Source of the DNA: an uncultured Chloroflexia bacterium
GTDB lineage: Bacteria; Chloroflexota; Anaerolineae; CG2-30-64-16
DNA length: 64,000 bases
Assembly (NCBI GenBank): GCA_963810095.1
Contig: CAWEMM010000010.1
Coordinates: 96,001 to 160,000 of the forward strand
Reading direction: 5' to 3'
In this document: positions 8,792-19,679 of the stretch, piece by piece
How positions within the stretch are numbered: the stretch's first letter is position 1
How the letters are laid out: each line of letters opens with the position of its first letter
Program-made: the position numbers and the translations under genes
Notes under the pieces: generated by a model
Databases searched by the model: none
What the model saw: only the letters and a program-made list of their open reading frames with translations
Told to the model about the DNA's origin: nothing

Positions 8792-9969
8792 ATGGACGCT
8801 TTCATCCCCTTGGAGTCCGTAACGACCGGCCCGCGCCCGTTCGAGCGTGACTACGCGGGGTGCGCGCCGGTGGAGGCGCCGGCCAACGGGTACGACACGC
8901 TGATGGCGCGGCTGCGCCGAGAGCACGTGCCCTACTCGGTCTTGTGGGAGCTGACGCACCGCTGCAATCTGAAGTGCGTGATGTGTTTCAACGAGGCGCT
9001 GGCCGAGCAAGAGCTGAGCACGGACGAATGTCTCGGCGTTCTGCGCCAGCTTGCCCAAGCCGGCGCGCTCCGGCTGACCTTCACCGGCGGGGAGATCCTG
9101 ACACGGCCCGACTTTTTTACGATTGCGCAGGCGGCGCGCGAACTCGGCTTTGCGCTCGACCTCAAGACGAACGGCACGCTGATCACGCCGGAGACCGCCG
9201 TCAGAATCGGCCGGCTCGCACCGGTACAGGTCGATATCAGCCTGCTCGGGGCTACCTCTGAAACCTTTGATGCGTTGGCCGGGATGCCGCACACGCTCGA
9301 CCGTGCGCTGCGGGGTGTCGGGTTGCTGATAGAGCAGGGCGTGCGGGTTAAGCTCAATACCCTGTTAATGACAGCGAATTTGTCAGAACAGCGGGCCATG
9401 GTTGACGTTGCCAATAAGTTGGGTGTATACTATGAGTCGGTTCTCAAGGTATCTCCGACCGATAGTGGACAGCCAAAAGCCGAGCGACACCAGTTATCGC
9501 GCGACCAGATGGTTGAGGCTGTTGTCGCGGACCAAACGCCCTTTGTTCCCAAGCCGCGCTCCGAGGAATCACGCACCTGTGGTGTCGGGTTATCGTCGTG
9601 CCTGATTAGCCCGTACGGCATCGTTTATCCCTGTATTGAGTTGCGCGTGCCCGCGGGCGACCTGCGCAAACAGAAGTTCAGCGAGATCTGGCGTAGTGCG
9701 CCGGTCTTCGTCGAACTTCGCGAGCGGCACGTCTTCGGCAACCTGCCCGATTGCCAGCGCTGCCGCTGCAGACGTACTGCGAGGGCCGGTGCGCAGGTAT
9801 TGCGCAGAAGAATCACGGCGACCTGTACGGCGGGCATACGCTGGCGTGTTGGCAGGCGCAGGCGCGCTTCATGCAGCAGCATCCCGGGGCGCCCGTCCCG
9901 ACGACGCCGTTGCTCGAACGGCAGCAGTCGTCGGACGGCAAAGCCAAGAACGGTGATATTCACGAATGA
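8792..9969 (+). CDS. Radical SAM/SPASM peptide maturase (1-nt frameshift at about 9764)
   Basis: CNLKCVMC and TGGE; SPASM C...C...GIVYPC, and after frame repair CQRCPLQTYCEGRC...C (Cx2Cx5Cx3Cx18C). Confidence 0.9.
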
Positions 9970-10062
9970 CCGTTGTAACCGGCGGGCTATCGACGGTCGG
10001 TCGTCATCTGTGTTGTAAGCTGGCAGCGTTATCGTCGACGAGATTCGTCGGGGAGGTAAGTC

Positions 10063-10278
10063 ATGGATCAAGCCCTGCAAGTCGCCCATCAATCTGCGCC
10101 TGAGACTCGCAAGCCCTGGGAAGAGCCCTGCATCGTGCTCGAACGCCTGCTCCTGGTTTCTGCGCAGGACGGGGGCGGGAAGGGCGAGTCCGGCATCTTC
10201 AATCCCGGCCAGAGCGGACCCGGCGGCCCGAGCTTCATGGGCCCCCTCGGCACATCCGGGGGTAGCGGCAACTGCTAA
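10063..10278 (+). CDS. Putative RiPP precursor peptide (71 aa)
   Basis: Strong SD GGGGAGG; KPWEEPCI leader-like motif; Gly/Ser/Pro-rich C-terminal half ending in Cys; lies next to PqqD and rSAM. Confidence 0.75.
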   Translation: MDQALQVAHQSAPETRKPWEEPCIVLERLLLVSAQDGGGKGESGIFNPGQSGPGGPSFMGPLGTSGGSGNC

Positions 10279-10303
10279 CCTCAGAATCCTTAAGCCAACC
10301 GCC

Positions 10304-13300
10304 TTGAGTTCAGAGTCGCGGGCATGGAGTAGTCTATTGAGAGCGCCTTCGCTGCGGTGGCTTTCCGCATTGCTAGTCGTATTCGGTCTCGTACTGCCCA
10401 GTCAGTCTGTTTTTGCCGGGCCTACCGAGACCGAATTTTTGTTTGAGGTCACAACGCCTACCTTTAGCATCGGGTCCGATAACATAACCGTTCCCGGTTA
10501 TGCGTCCAACGATGCCCCCGGCGCGCCTGCCCTGCCCCTTCCAGGTCAAAACCATCGAACTCCCCTTCGACGGTGACTGGAAGGTCAGCTATGAACTCCT
10601 CGAAAGCCAGACTCTGCCCGAGAAACTCGCTGTGCGCTCGGTTCCGGTCGCAGACCTGCCGGTCGAAGGTCCGCAAAGCATCCAAAGCCGGCCCGATTGG
10701 CCCAGCGAGGCGCCCGTGGTGACGCGCCGGACCCGGCCATTTACGGCCACGACACGTATTACCCAGAGGCCCCGGTTCAGCCCGGCACAGAGGGCTGTCA
10801 ACGCGGCAGGCGCCTCCTGCCCGTCCGCGTGTTCCCGTTCCAATATAACCCGGCCGCGCAGACGGTGCTGTACCACCCCCACGTCAAGGTGGTCGTTCGT
10901 GTGAGCGGCTCGGCGCAGGGCTCGTGCAGCCAAGGAGCGGCGCCCAGCACGGGTGTTGCCGGCGCGGAGGCTATCGGGGCAGAGGCGGGTGCCCTATTGG
11001 TACGCACTGCGGAGCGCGGCATGTACGGTCTGACGTACGCCGATCTTCAAACCGCAGGCGTGCCGCTCGACACGGTCGATCCCGCAAGCTTTCGCATGAC
11101 GCTGGGAGGCCAGGCGGTTCGCCTGCAAGTGCAAACGCAGACGGCCGGCCACTTCGCGCAGGGCGACCTGGTCATCTTCTACGCCGAACCCTATACGGGC
11201 CGCTGGTCTACGACGAACGTCTATCGCTTCAGTTGGGGCCCCGACGCCGCACCGGCTGAGTCGCGCATGCTGACACGCGGGGCAGCCAAGACCGGGCCGG
11301 TTCTGACCACGGTCATCCAGTCACTGCACGTCGAGCGAAACTACGACTATTACAGCACCTACCCGGCGTCCGTCGAGGCCGACCACTTTTTCGACGCGCC
11401 ACTCAGCCTTTCGCAGAGCACGCCGTCCGCGTCCGCATCATACGATCTCGCGCTGGACGACCCCCTGCAGACGGGTACGGTCAAGATCAGCGGGTTGGTT
11501 TACGGTGGCAAGAGCCAGGCTGCGAATCCCGACCAGTCGTTCGAGCTCAAGCTGAACAGCCAGGCTGCCGGGGTGCAGCAATGGGACGGGCGAGTCGGCT
11601 ACCAGTTCTCGACGAGCGTGACCGCGTCGGCTCTGCTGCCGACCGGCAATAAGCTCTCCGTGACTGCCGCTCTCTCGCAGCTACCCGCACTGACCGACTA
11701 TTACATCTATCCCGATAGCTTCGACCTCCTGTATCCTGCATCGAGCGAGGTGGAGACCGACCGCGTCTTTGTTGCGGGGCTCGACACTAGCGCCACCGCG
11801 GTTCAGATGCAGTTCACCGGTTTCACCGGCTCCACCGTGCGGGCTTACGACGTCCGCGACCCCAAGTCCCCGGTCATACTCACAACGGTCGAAGCAGGTG
11901 CGTCGGGCCCGCCCTACAGCGTCAACGTGTGGGACTCCTGGAATGCGTTGGACAGCGCGCCGCGTATGCGCTCACCACGGACGCCGCGCTTCTCAAGCCG
12001 GCGTCGATCGAACGCGACTGGCCCAGCAACCTGAAGTCAATGACGAACTCGTACGATTACATCGCCATCGTGCACCGCAGCCTTTCCGAGCCCATTCAGC
12101 CGCTGCTCGACCGGAGGGCCCGGCACGGGCTCCGGGTCACGAAGGTTGACGTGCAGGACATCTACGATGAGTTCAACTACGGTATGCCGCATCAGCAGGC
12201 GATCCGCGACTTCCTGAACTATGCCTATCACTACTGGAACCAAGGCGAGGCGAATCGTCCGCGCTACGTCCTGCTGGTCGGCGACGGGCATTACGATTTC
12301 AAGAATGTGTTGAACAAGCCGGTGCCGAACCTCGTGCCGCCGTTCCTGATCAACGTCGATCCGTGGATCGGCGAGACTGCCGCCGACAACCGCTTTGTCT
12401 CGGTGGATGGTGCTGACGACTATCTGCCCGATATGGCCATTGGCCGAATACCGGCGTGGAATGCTGCGGACGTAGCGAGCGTGATCGCTAAGATCGTGGC
12501 GTATGAGGACGAAAATGCGCCACCGGATGCTGCCTGGCAGCGGCGTGCCGTCTTTGTGGCAGACGACGAAGAGACCGGCGCCGGCAACTTCCACGCCTTC
12601 AGCGACGAGATCATCGCCAACTGGTTGCCGCCGGCCTACGACAGCTCTAAGATCTATTATAACCCGAACAATATGCCTGTGGGGGTCGGATACACGACTG
12701 TCAGCGACATGAAGACCAACGTCAAGCAGGCCTTCAACCAGGGCGCCCTGCTGATGCAGTGGTTCGGTCACGCGTCCAAGTTCAGATGGGGGTCGTTCAA
12801 CAACCTGTGGAAGGTGTGGGATCTGCGAACGCTCGACGCCAACGTGCACCTGCCCCTGGTGCTCTCATACTCGTGCTGGTCCGGTTACTTCGTGAACCTT
12901 TTCGGGTATACGGACGGTTCGCCGGATGGCTCGGCATGGTATCAGTCGCTCGGCGAGACGGACTTGCTTCAGCCAGGCCGTGGAGCTATCGCTGACCTTT
13001 CGCCGAGCGGGCAACACGTCGGGCAGGCGCTGCAGGTGCTGAACCAGGGACTGACGAAGACGATCTTCCAGGATCGGGTCGTCGGCTTGGGCGAGGCCGT
13101 GGACGCCGCCAAGCTGTACTACTTCAGCCACAGCACCGCGTATCCTGACGTCATCGACACTTCCATCCTTTTCGGCGATCCCACGCTTAAGCTGCGTCTG
13201 CCATACCGCGCCTCTGGGCTCTCCCGAGCCGCCCGATGTCGACATCGCGCCGAAAGACGCGGCTTCGGTCCACCTCTTCTGGCGGCATCTGTCTGAGAAC

Positions 13301-13588
13301 AGCGGCTACGAGGTCTATAGGGCCGTGCGTCCCTACTTCCAACCCGGCGACAGCGGCGTCAACCCCATCGCCTACATCGACGCCGCGCCCTACGGTCCTG
13401 ACTCAGAGATTCCATACGACGACTCTGGGTACGATTACGACCCCGCTGGGGGTACGCAGCCCCGGGTACAGGTCGTTGGTGACGTGGCCAACAACTACTT
13501 TTGGGGTGTCGAGGGCCGCGCCGGCACCGGCTCGGGCATCATTAACTGGGTAGGCGAGTTCGACTTCGCGCTCACGAAGGGCAATTAA
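10304..13588 (+). CDS. Secreted gingipain-like C25 cysteine peptidase (about 4 frameshifts in this assembly)
   Basis: Signal peptide; propeptide-like GAPALP and FPFQYNP; YVLLVGDG, PDMAIGRIP, catalytic GH (12769) and SC (12874), LFGDP; C-terminal domain ends VGEFDFALTKGN. Confidence 0.85.
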
Positions 13589-13633
13589 AGGTTTAGGCCG
13601 GAGAAACCGCCCCGGTTCCTCCGGCCTAAACCT
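13589..13633. terminator. Hairpin closing the C25 operon
   Basis: 15-bp perfect inverted repeat aggtttaggccggag/ctccggcctaaacct directly after the stop codon. Confidence 0.7.
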
Positions 13634-13918
13634 GACCCTTCCTCAACCCCTCAATCCCCTACCGATTCGCTTGAGCTACCCCGGTCCGTCCCATCACCAG
13701 CAATCCAAGGAGACTCAACCCACCTCACAAACTCACTCAATCGATCAACCCGTACTCACAACTACCAGACGCCCACATCGCTTAGTTCGATCCGCTCAAT
13801 ACGACTCACTTACGCATGCATTCTTTACAACGGCCATTACAACCAATAAACGCTCAAATAACCACACTTACGGCTTCGTTCGATACACGAGTCAATACAA
13901 AGTTCTGATCTGTCCTGT

Positions 13919-13952
13919 GCCTGCTCCCCCCTTACTTAGCGGAGGAGCAGGC
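13919..13952 (-). terminator. Hairpin downstream of the GlsB/YeaQ gene
   Basis: gcctgctcc/ggagcaggc inverted repeat. Confidence 0.45.
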
Positions 13953-13985
13953 CGGTGCTTCCAGGCTAGCTGGCGCACTGTTTGC

Positions 13986-14258
13986 TTAGCGCACAGTGCC
14001 CCGGCGCAGCAGGTTGACGATAGCCAACAAAACAACGGCGCCCAAGAGGGAGACCAACAGCCCAGAGAGGCTGAAGTCGCCCTGATTAATGTTGCCGCCG
14101 CCGATCAGCGGGTTGAGAATCAGGCCGGCCAGGAAGGCGCCGACGATACCGACGATGATGTTCAGCAGGGGACCCTGCTGCGCATCGGTCCGCATGATCA
14201 TGCTGGCAATCCAGCCCAACAGACCACCCACGATAATCCACACGATGAAGTTAATCAT
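13986..14258 (-). CDS. GlsB/YeaQ/YmgE family small stress membrane protein
   Basis: WIIVGGLLGWIASMIM...NIIVGIVGAFLAG...SLLGAVVLL. Confidence 0.9.
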   Translation of the reverse strand: MINFIVWIIVGGLLGWIASMIMRTDAQQGPLLNIIVGIVGAFLAGLILNPLIGGGNINQGDFSLSGLLVSLLGAVVLLAIVNLLRRGTVR

Positions 14259-14487
14259 GCTCTCTACTCTCCTTATGTTCGACTCTCGACTCACTTACGA
14301 TACTTCGCTTGAGCTCACTCAAGCTTATGTGCCAAGTATACTGCGCTCGCCAGGCTTTGGGTATCAGCAAATGCCGTAGCGTTTCATCGGCATTGCGCCT
14401 ACTCCCGTGTCAGACAAATCTTACATGTGCCGGAAAACAAATCGACCGGGCGCCGCCCGGTCGATTTGTTTTCCACCCCGCTTGTTA

Positions 14488-14877
14488 TCAAGCCTGCAAC
14501 CCGTACTGCGCCACCCGGTCCAGCAGCTGCTCGAACTCGCTGGACTTGTCATAGAAATAGTCGGCTCCGGCCTTCTGACACTCCGAACGATAGCGTTCGG
14601 TCGCGTGGTTGGTTAACATGATGACCTTGGTCTCCGGATGCGTGCCCTTGACTTTGCGCAGGACGTCAATGCCGTTTTGCACAACGCCAACGCCCGGCAC
14701 CTTGATATCTAGGATTGCGATGTCAGGCTCGTGCTCGTCGACCAGGCGCAACGCGGACGCGGCATCCTCGGCCTGAATAACATTCTCGACCGAGTCAATC
14801 TCTGCCAGCATGGCCGCAAGCAAGCTGCGCACCACGGCGGCGTCGTCCATGACCAGCACGGTGAAGCGTTTCGACAT
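14488..14877 (-). CDS. Single-domain response regulator
   Basis: VLVMDD, PDIAILDI, VIMLT, GADYFYDK. Confidence 0.85.
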   Translation of the reverse strand: MSKRFTVLVMDDAAVVRSLLAAMLAEIDSVENVIQAEDAASALRLVDEHEPDIAILDIKVPGVGVVQNGIDVLRKVKGTHPETKVIMLTNHATERYRSECQKAGADYFYDKSSEFEQLLDRVAQYGLQA

Positions 14878-15023
14878 CCGATTACCAAAATCCATCATGC
14901 ATGAATAATAAGCCCGTCTATCCCTTAGAAGTAGCAGAAGAACACTGATAAGACAATCATCTCTCGTCCTATCGGCTTGTCCGGTTTTGTCCGACAATGC
15001 ACGCGGCTTGTGCCTTAGATGGC

Positions 15024-16908
15024 CTAGGCGGGCTGATGAGGGGGCGGGCTTTCGATGCTGTACTGCCTGAGCGGCAGGCGCATCTCGACCAGCACGCCCT
15101 GGTCGGGCCCGTTGAGCACGGTGACCGAACCCCCCAACTGCCGCGCTCGCTCGCGCATCCCGACCAGCCCCAGGGAGCGGCGCCCGGGGTCGACCTGTAA
15201 GCCCTTGCCATTGTCCAGCACCTTCAGAACGAGGTCGCTGTCCGTCGTGACCATGTCCACTCGCACTTCGGTCGCTTCCGCATGCCGGGCGATGTTAGTC
15301 AGCGCTTCCTGCAAGACACGGAAGGCCGCGGTGCTCATATCCTTCGACAAGCGCTCTTCGACCACTTCGGTTTCGAGCGTTACTGCCAGGCCCGTCCGTT
15401 CGCGAAACTGCTGCAGTTGCCATTCGACCGCAGCCTCGAGGCCGAAGTCGTCCAGGATGCCGGGGCGCAAGTCGGACAGCGATGCGCCGGATTGTCTTGA
15501 TCGTTTCGTCGACCAGCGCGAAAGTCTCGCTGAGCCGTTCGCCCACCTTCTCCGGATTCGCGCGTTGCCAGCCGCTCGATCGTGCGCAGCTCCATCTTGA
15601 TGGCCGTGAGGAGCTGGCCAAGCTGGTCGTGAATCTCGCGCGAGATGCGCATGCGCTCCTGTTCCGTGCTGCGCATGAGTTCCTCGGAGAGCCGGCGCAG
15701 GTCGGCCTGGGTCTCCAGGAGCTTCGTGTTACTGATCTGCAGTTGCTCGGTGCGCTTGATGACCCGGCTTTCCAGCTCCGCGTTACAGCTGCTGCATCTG
15801 GTTGATCAGCCGGGCGTTCTCTTCGTCGCGCTCCTGCAAGGCGGCGGCCATCGAGTCGAAGGTCTGCGCCAACTGCCCCATCTCGCTGCTGTCGCCTAGC
15901 AGTCCCACCCGGGCCGAGAAGTCGCCGGCGCGCATCCGCAGCGCCGCATCGACAACCCTTTCGGTGCGACGGACGATCATGACCTCGGCGCTAATCCAGG
16001 CTGACGCCAGCGCGGCCAGCCCAATGACGGCGAGGCCGCCCAGGCTGAGGCGCAGCATCCGATCGACGCCCGAGTAGATGTAGTCTGTCGTCAGGCCGGC
16101 AAACGCATACAGATCGGGGTCCGTTCGCGAGCCGACGGGCGTAAACGAGAAGAGCCGCCGGTTGCCGCTGAGGCCGGGCGCGACGATCCAGCCCTCCTTT
16201 TCGCCTTTGGCAGCCTGGAAGATGGCGGTGCCGGCAACATCCTGCCCGACGAAGCGCTCCGGGTCGGGGTGGCGCAGCACGACGGTCCCATTCCGATCGA
16301 TCAAGATCAATGAGGCGTACTGGTAGAACTGGTTGGCGCCGATGCGCTGGGCGAGCGCGTCAACATTCAGGCCCGCGCCAATGACGGCTTGCACATGGCC
16401 ATTCGCTTCCAGCACCGGCAGCCCCACGGCAAGATTGGGGCGGCCCGAGGCAGGGCCGATTTGTACATTACCCACGGCGAACGTCTTGCTGGCGATGGCC
16501 CGCTCAAAATAGAGCTGTCCGGCAGCGGAGATCGTGCCGGACAGCGGGCGCAGCGACGGCCACGCAGCGGATCGTTCCGTCCGGTGCGGCCACACTCAGT
16601 CCCAGGAACTGCTTGCTCGTGTTAAAGAATGCCTGGAGCCGGTCTGAGCACGCGGCCGGGTCGGCGCCGGTGATCTCGGGCGTTTGGGCCAACCAGGTGA
16701 GCGAATTCTCTGTGTTGCTGATGACCTCCTGGTACTGCGTCGCCAGCAGTTGAGCCAGCGCCATGCTCTCGAGCCGGGCGCTCTCCTCGGCGCGCGTGCG
16801 CTCGAAGGCTGCAATCGTGATCACCAGGACAAAAGCGGGCAGGAGCGCGAGGAAGATGACCGCCACGAGACGGGTGCGCAGGTTGGGCAGGATGTGTCGG
16901 GTTAGCAT
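15024..16908 (-). CDS. Cache-HAMP-HisKA_3 (NarX-type) sensor kinase (frameshifted)
   Basis: TM-Cache-TM-HAMP; ERMRISREIHDQLGQ, RPGILDDFGL, QEALTNIARHA, LGLVGMRER across several frames. Confidence 0.85.
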
Positions 16909-16974
16909 GGACGCCCTCTAGTTGTCAATCATAGCACAAAACGCCGCGGCTCACTACCGAGCTGAGCTGAACTA

Positions 16975-17061
16975 GGACGCTGATGCAACTGATTAACCTG
17001 ATCTACACTGTCCTTTGGCTGAAGATCGTGATGATCAGTCCCATCCGTTCAATCAGTGTCC
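16975..17061. repeat. Intergenic palindrome, family B
   Basis: ggacgctgat..actgat..ctgat / atcag..gttcaatcagtgtcc; related copies at 4271-4291 (half) and 22210-22307. Confidence 0.6.
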
Positions 17062-17106
17062 GATTTCATGCGGCGTTTGGCGTAGGCGCCATATCAGGCT
17101 CCGCAT

Positions 17107-17132
17107 GTAGGGCGAGCTTCAGCTCGCCCCTA
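17107..17132. repeat. GTAG-type REP
   Basis: gtagggcgagcttcagctcgccc; a similar element lies at 34238-34273. Confidence 0.55.
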
Positions 17133-17180
17133 TGTAGCCAGCCCGCCCTTTCCACTCGAAGGGCGCACGGTTTTCGAGCA

Positions 17181-17209
17181 TTGACGGGTCGACGGAATGC
17201 CTGTATAAT
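17181..17209 (+). promoter_or_regulatory. Sigma70 promoter of the LIV operon
   Basis: TTGACG-17 nt-TATAAT. Confidence 0.75.
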
Positions 17210-17445
17210 CGCCCCATCTTCGCCTGTAGCCCTGATGGCACCATTGCTTTTTCCGGCGCATGGTCTGCGCCGATCCCATCCGACAGCACCCTACTCCTTG
17301 TGCGAAAGGGGGTGACGCTCCAAAAACGACCAACGCTCCCGTCGACTGTTTCGGCTCCAGTAGTCTAGCTTCGTGTTTCAACCGAAATGGCCCATTGGGC
17401 ACGGACCCACTTGGAAAGGCCCTATCATAAGGAGGAGCGATCACT

Positions 17446-18612
17446 ATGAAGCGTCTGTTCGTACTACTGTTTGTCGTCATGCTGGTGACCGGGCTTGCCG
17501 GCTGTGCAGCGCCGGGCGCCGGCACGGGCGGCGACACCATCAAGATTGGCCTGGAAGCACCGCTGACCGGCGACTATGCCTACGAGGGTAAGGGCATGCA
17601 GAAGGCCGTGCAACTGCTGGTGGACCAGGCGAATGCTGCCGGCGGCATCAACGGCAAGAAAGTGGAGTTGCTCGTCGAGGACGATAAGGGCGATCCGAAG
17701 GAAGCCGCCCTGGTCGCCGACCGCATGGTGTCCAACAAGGTCGCGGCGGTCATCGGCGCCTACAACTCCAGCGCGACCGAGCCCGCCTCCGTCACCTACA
17801 ACAAGAACAACATCCTCCACATCACGCCCTCTTCGACCCGCGTCAGCCTGACGGAAAAAGGCTTCAAGCAGTTCTTCCGCACTTGTTTCCTCGACGACCG
17901 CCAGGGCCTCTTCGCCGCCAACTTCATGAAACAGGTGCTTGGCAACAAGACCATCGGCATCCTGCATGACAACTCGACGTACGCCCAGGGCCTCGCGGAA
18001 GAGACCAAGAAGTACGCGGAGCAGTTGGGGCTGAATATCGTCTTCTACGATGCCATCAACCCGAAGGACCAGGACTTCACCCCCGTCTTGACGAAGATCA
18101 AGGCCGCGAACCCCGAGACGGTCTACTTTACCGGCTACCACGCGCAGGCCGGGCAGTTGCTCAAGCAGGCAAAGGGCGTCGGCCTGCAAACGCAGTGGCT
18201 GGGTGGCAACGCCTCGAACAACAAGGAGATCATCGACATTGCCGGGCTCGACAATGCCAAGGGCATGATGTTCACGACCGAGCCGCTGCCGAAGGACCTT
18301 GACTATCCCGAGGCGAAGCAGTTCCTGGCCGACTACAAGGCGAAGTACAACGAGGAGGCGGAGAGCGTGTGGTGGGTCATGGCGGCCGATGCCTTCCGCG
18401 TCGTCAAGAACGCCATGGAGCAGACAAAAGGCACCGATACGACCAAGATGGCCGAATACCTCCACACCAACTTCAAGGATTTCCCGGGCATCACCGGTCC
18501 CATCATCGGCTTTGACGAGAAGGGCGACCGCCTGGGCAGCATCCACAAGGCGTATGTGATCACCGACGCCGGCGAGATTGTGCCGTACCCGAAGCAACCG
18601 GCCGTTCAGTAA
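17446..18612 (+). CDS. livK: Branched-chain amino acid ABC substrate-binding lipoprotein
   Basis: Lipobox LAGC; PLTG, NAAGGING, DDKGDP. Confidence 0.9.
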   Translation: MKRLFVLLFVVMLVTGLAGCAAPGAGTGGDTIKIGLEAPLTGDYAYEGKGMQKAVQLLVDQANAAGGINGKKVELLVEDDKGDPKEAALVADRMVSNKVAAVIGAYNSSATEPASVTYNKNNILHITPSSTRVSLTEKGFKQFFRTCFLDDRQGLFAANFMKQVLGNKTIGILHDNSTYAQGLAEETKKYAEQLGLNIVFYDAINPKDQDFTPVLTKIKAANPETVYFTGYHAQAGQLLKQAKGVGLQTQWLGGNASNNKEIIDIAGLDNAKGMMFTTEPLPKDLDYPEAKQFLADYKAKYNEEAESVWWVMAADAFRVVKNAMEQTKGTDTTKMAEYLHTNFKDFPGITGPIIGFDEKGDRLGSIHKAYVITDAGEIVPYPKQPAVQ

Positions 18613-18627
18613 ACCTCGAATTAGACA

Positions 18628-18701
18628 CTGTTTGCGCTGCTCTGACTGATAAACGATGCCATCGGCAAGTTCGTCAGAGTCAATCAGAGCAGCGCAAACA
18701 G
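18628..18701. other. Intercistronic stem-loop after the binding-protein gene
   Basis: 18-bp perfect inverted repeat ctgtttgcgctgctctga/tcagagcagcgcaaacag. Confidence 0.7.
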
Positions 18702-18732
18702 AGTCCCTTTCTGAGTTCCCAGAGGGGTGCTT

Positions 18733-19646
18733 ATGGAGCAGTTGGCTCAGAGCTTGCTGAACGGGCTGACTATCGGCGCGTTCTATGCCCTGGTGGCACT
18801 CGGGTACACCATGGTGTACGGTGTCCTTAAGCTGATCAACTTCGCGCACGGCGACCTGTTCATGTGGGGCGCGTACCTGGGCTGGACGTTCCTGACCCTG
18901 GCGTCCTTCCTGGTGGCGAAGGCCGGCCCGTTCGCACTCGTGCCTGCGGTAATCTTCGTCATGATCACGGTCGGCCTGATCGGCGTGCTACTCGAACGCG
19001 TCGCTTACCGGCCGCTGCGCGGGCGGGCCGCTTGCCCCCCATCATCTCCGCATTGGGCGCGGCCTTCATCCTGGAAAGCGTGGCTCGCAACCTGTACGGG
19101 GCCAGCTACCTGGTCTATCCGGAAGCCGTGAACGTGCCCGGTCGCTTTCAACTGGTCGGGAGCGTGACCGGCAGCTTCACTCAGGGCTTCGTGCTGATCG
19201 CGTCGATTGCGTTGATGGCGCTGCTGTACGTCTTTGTGAACTACACGCGCACGGGCACGGCGATGCGTGCGGTCTCGCTCGACCATGACACCTCGCGGCT
19301 GATGGGCATCGACGTCAATCGCATTATTGGCATCGTCTTCTTCATCGGCCCCGCGCTGGGCGGCGCGGCAGGCATGCTCGTCGCGCTGCATTACGGCTCG
19401 TTCAACTACACCCTCGGCTGGACGTTCGGCCTCAAGGCCTTCATTGCTGCAATTCTGGGCGGCATCGGCAATATTCCGGGCGCTATGCTGGGCGGCATTC
19501 TCCTCGGCCTGGTCGAGAGCATGGGCGCGGTCTATTTGCCTGGCGGCGCGCAATGGAAGGACGTGATCGCTTACGTGATCCTCGTGCTGATCCTGATCGT
19601 CCGTCCCACGGGTATCCTGGGCGAACGCGTTGCGGAGAAGCTGTAA
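18733..19646 (+). CDS. livH: BCAA ABC permease (frameshift at about 19020)
   Basis: YALVALGYTMVYGVLKLINFAHG; LKAFIAAILGGIG. Confidence 0.9.
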
Positions 19647-19679
19647 CGAATCCCAAGCATCCCAGTCAAGGGGGGAAGT

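Noticed and set aside
8495-10278. PQQ, mycofactocin or lasso peptide biosynthesis
   Set aside because: There is no pqqB/C, mft or asparagine-synthetase-like cyclase gene, and the peptide lacks ExxxY and the MftA C-terminus
13671-14312. 213-aa plus-strand ORF
   Set aside because: Atypical composition, and it overlaps the well-supported GlsB/YeaQ gene on the opposite strand
17235-17315. Attenuator leader peptide for the LIV operon
   Set aside because: No SD, no run of Leu/Ile/Val codons, and no clear terminator
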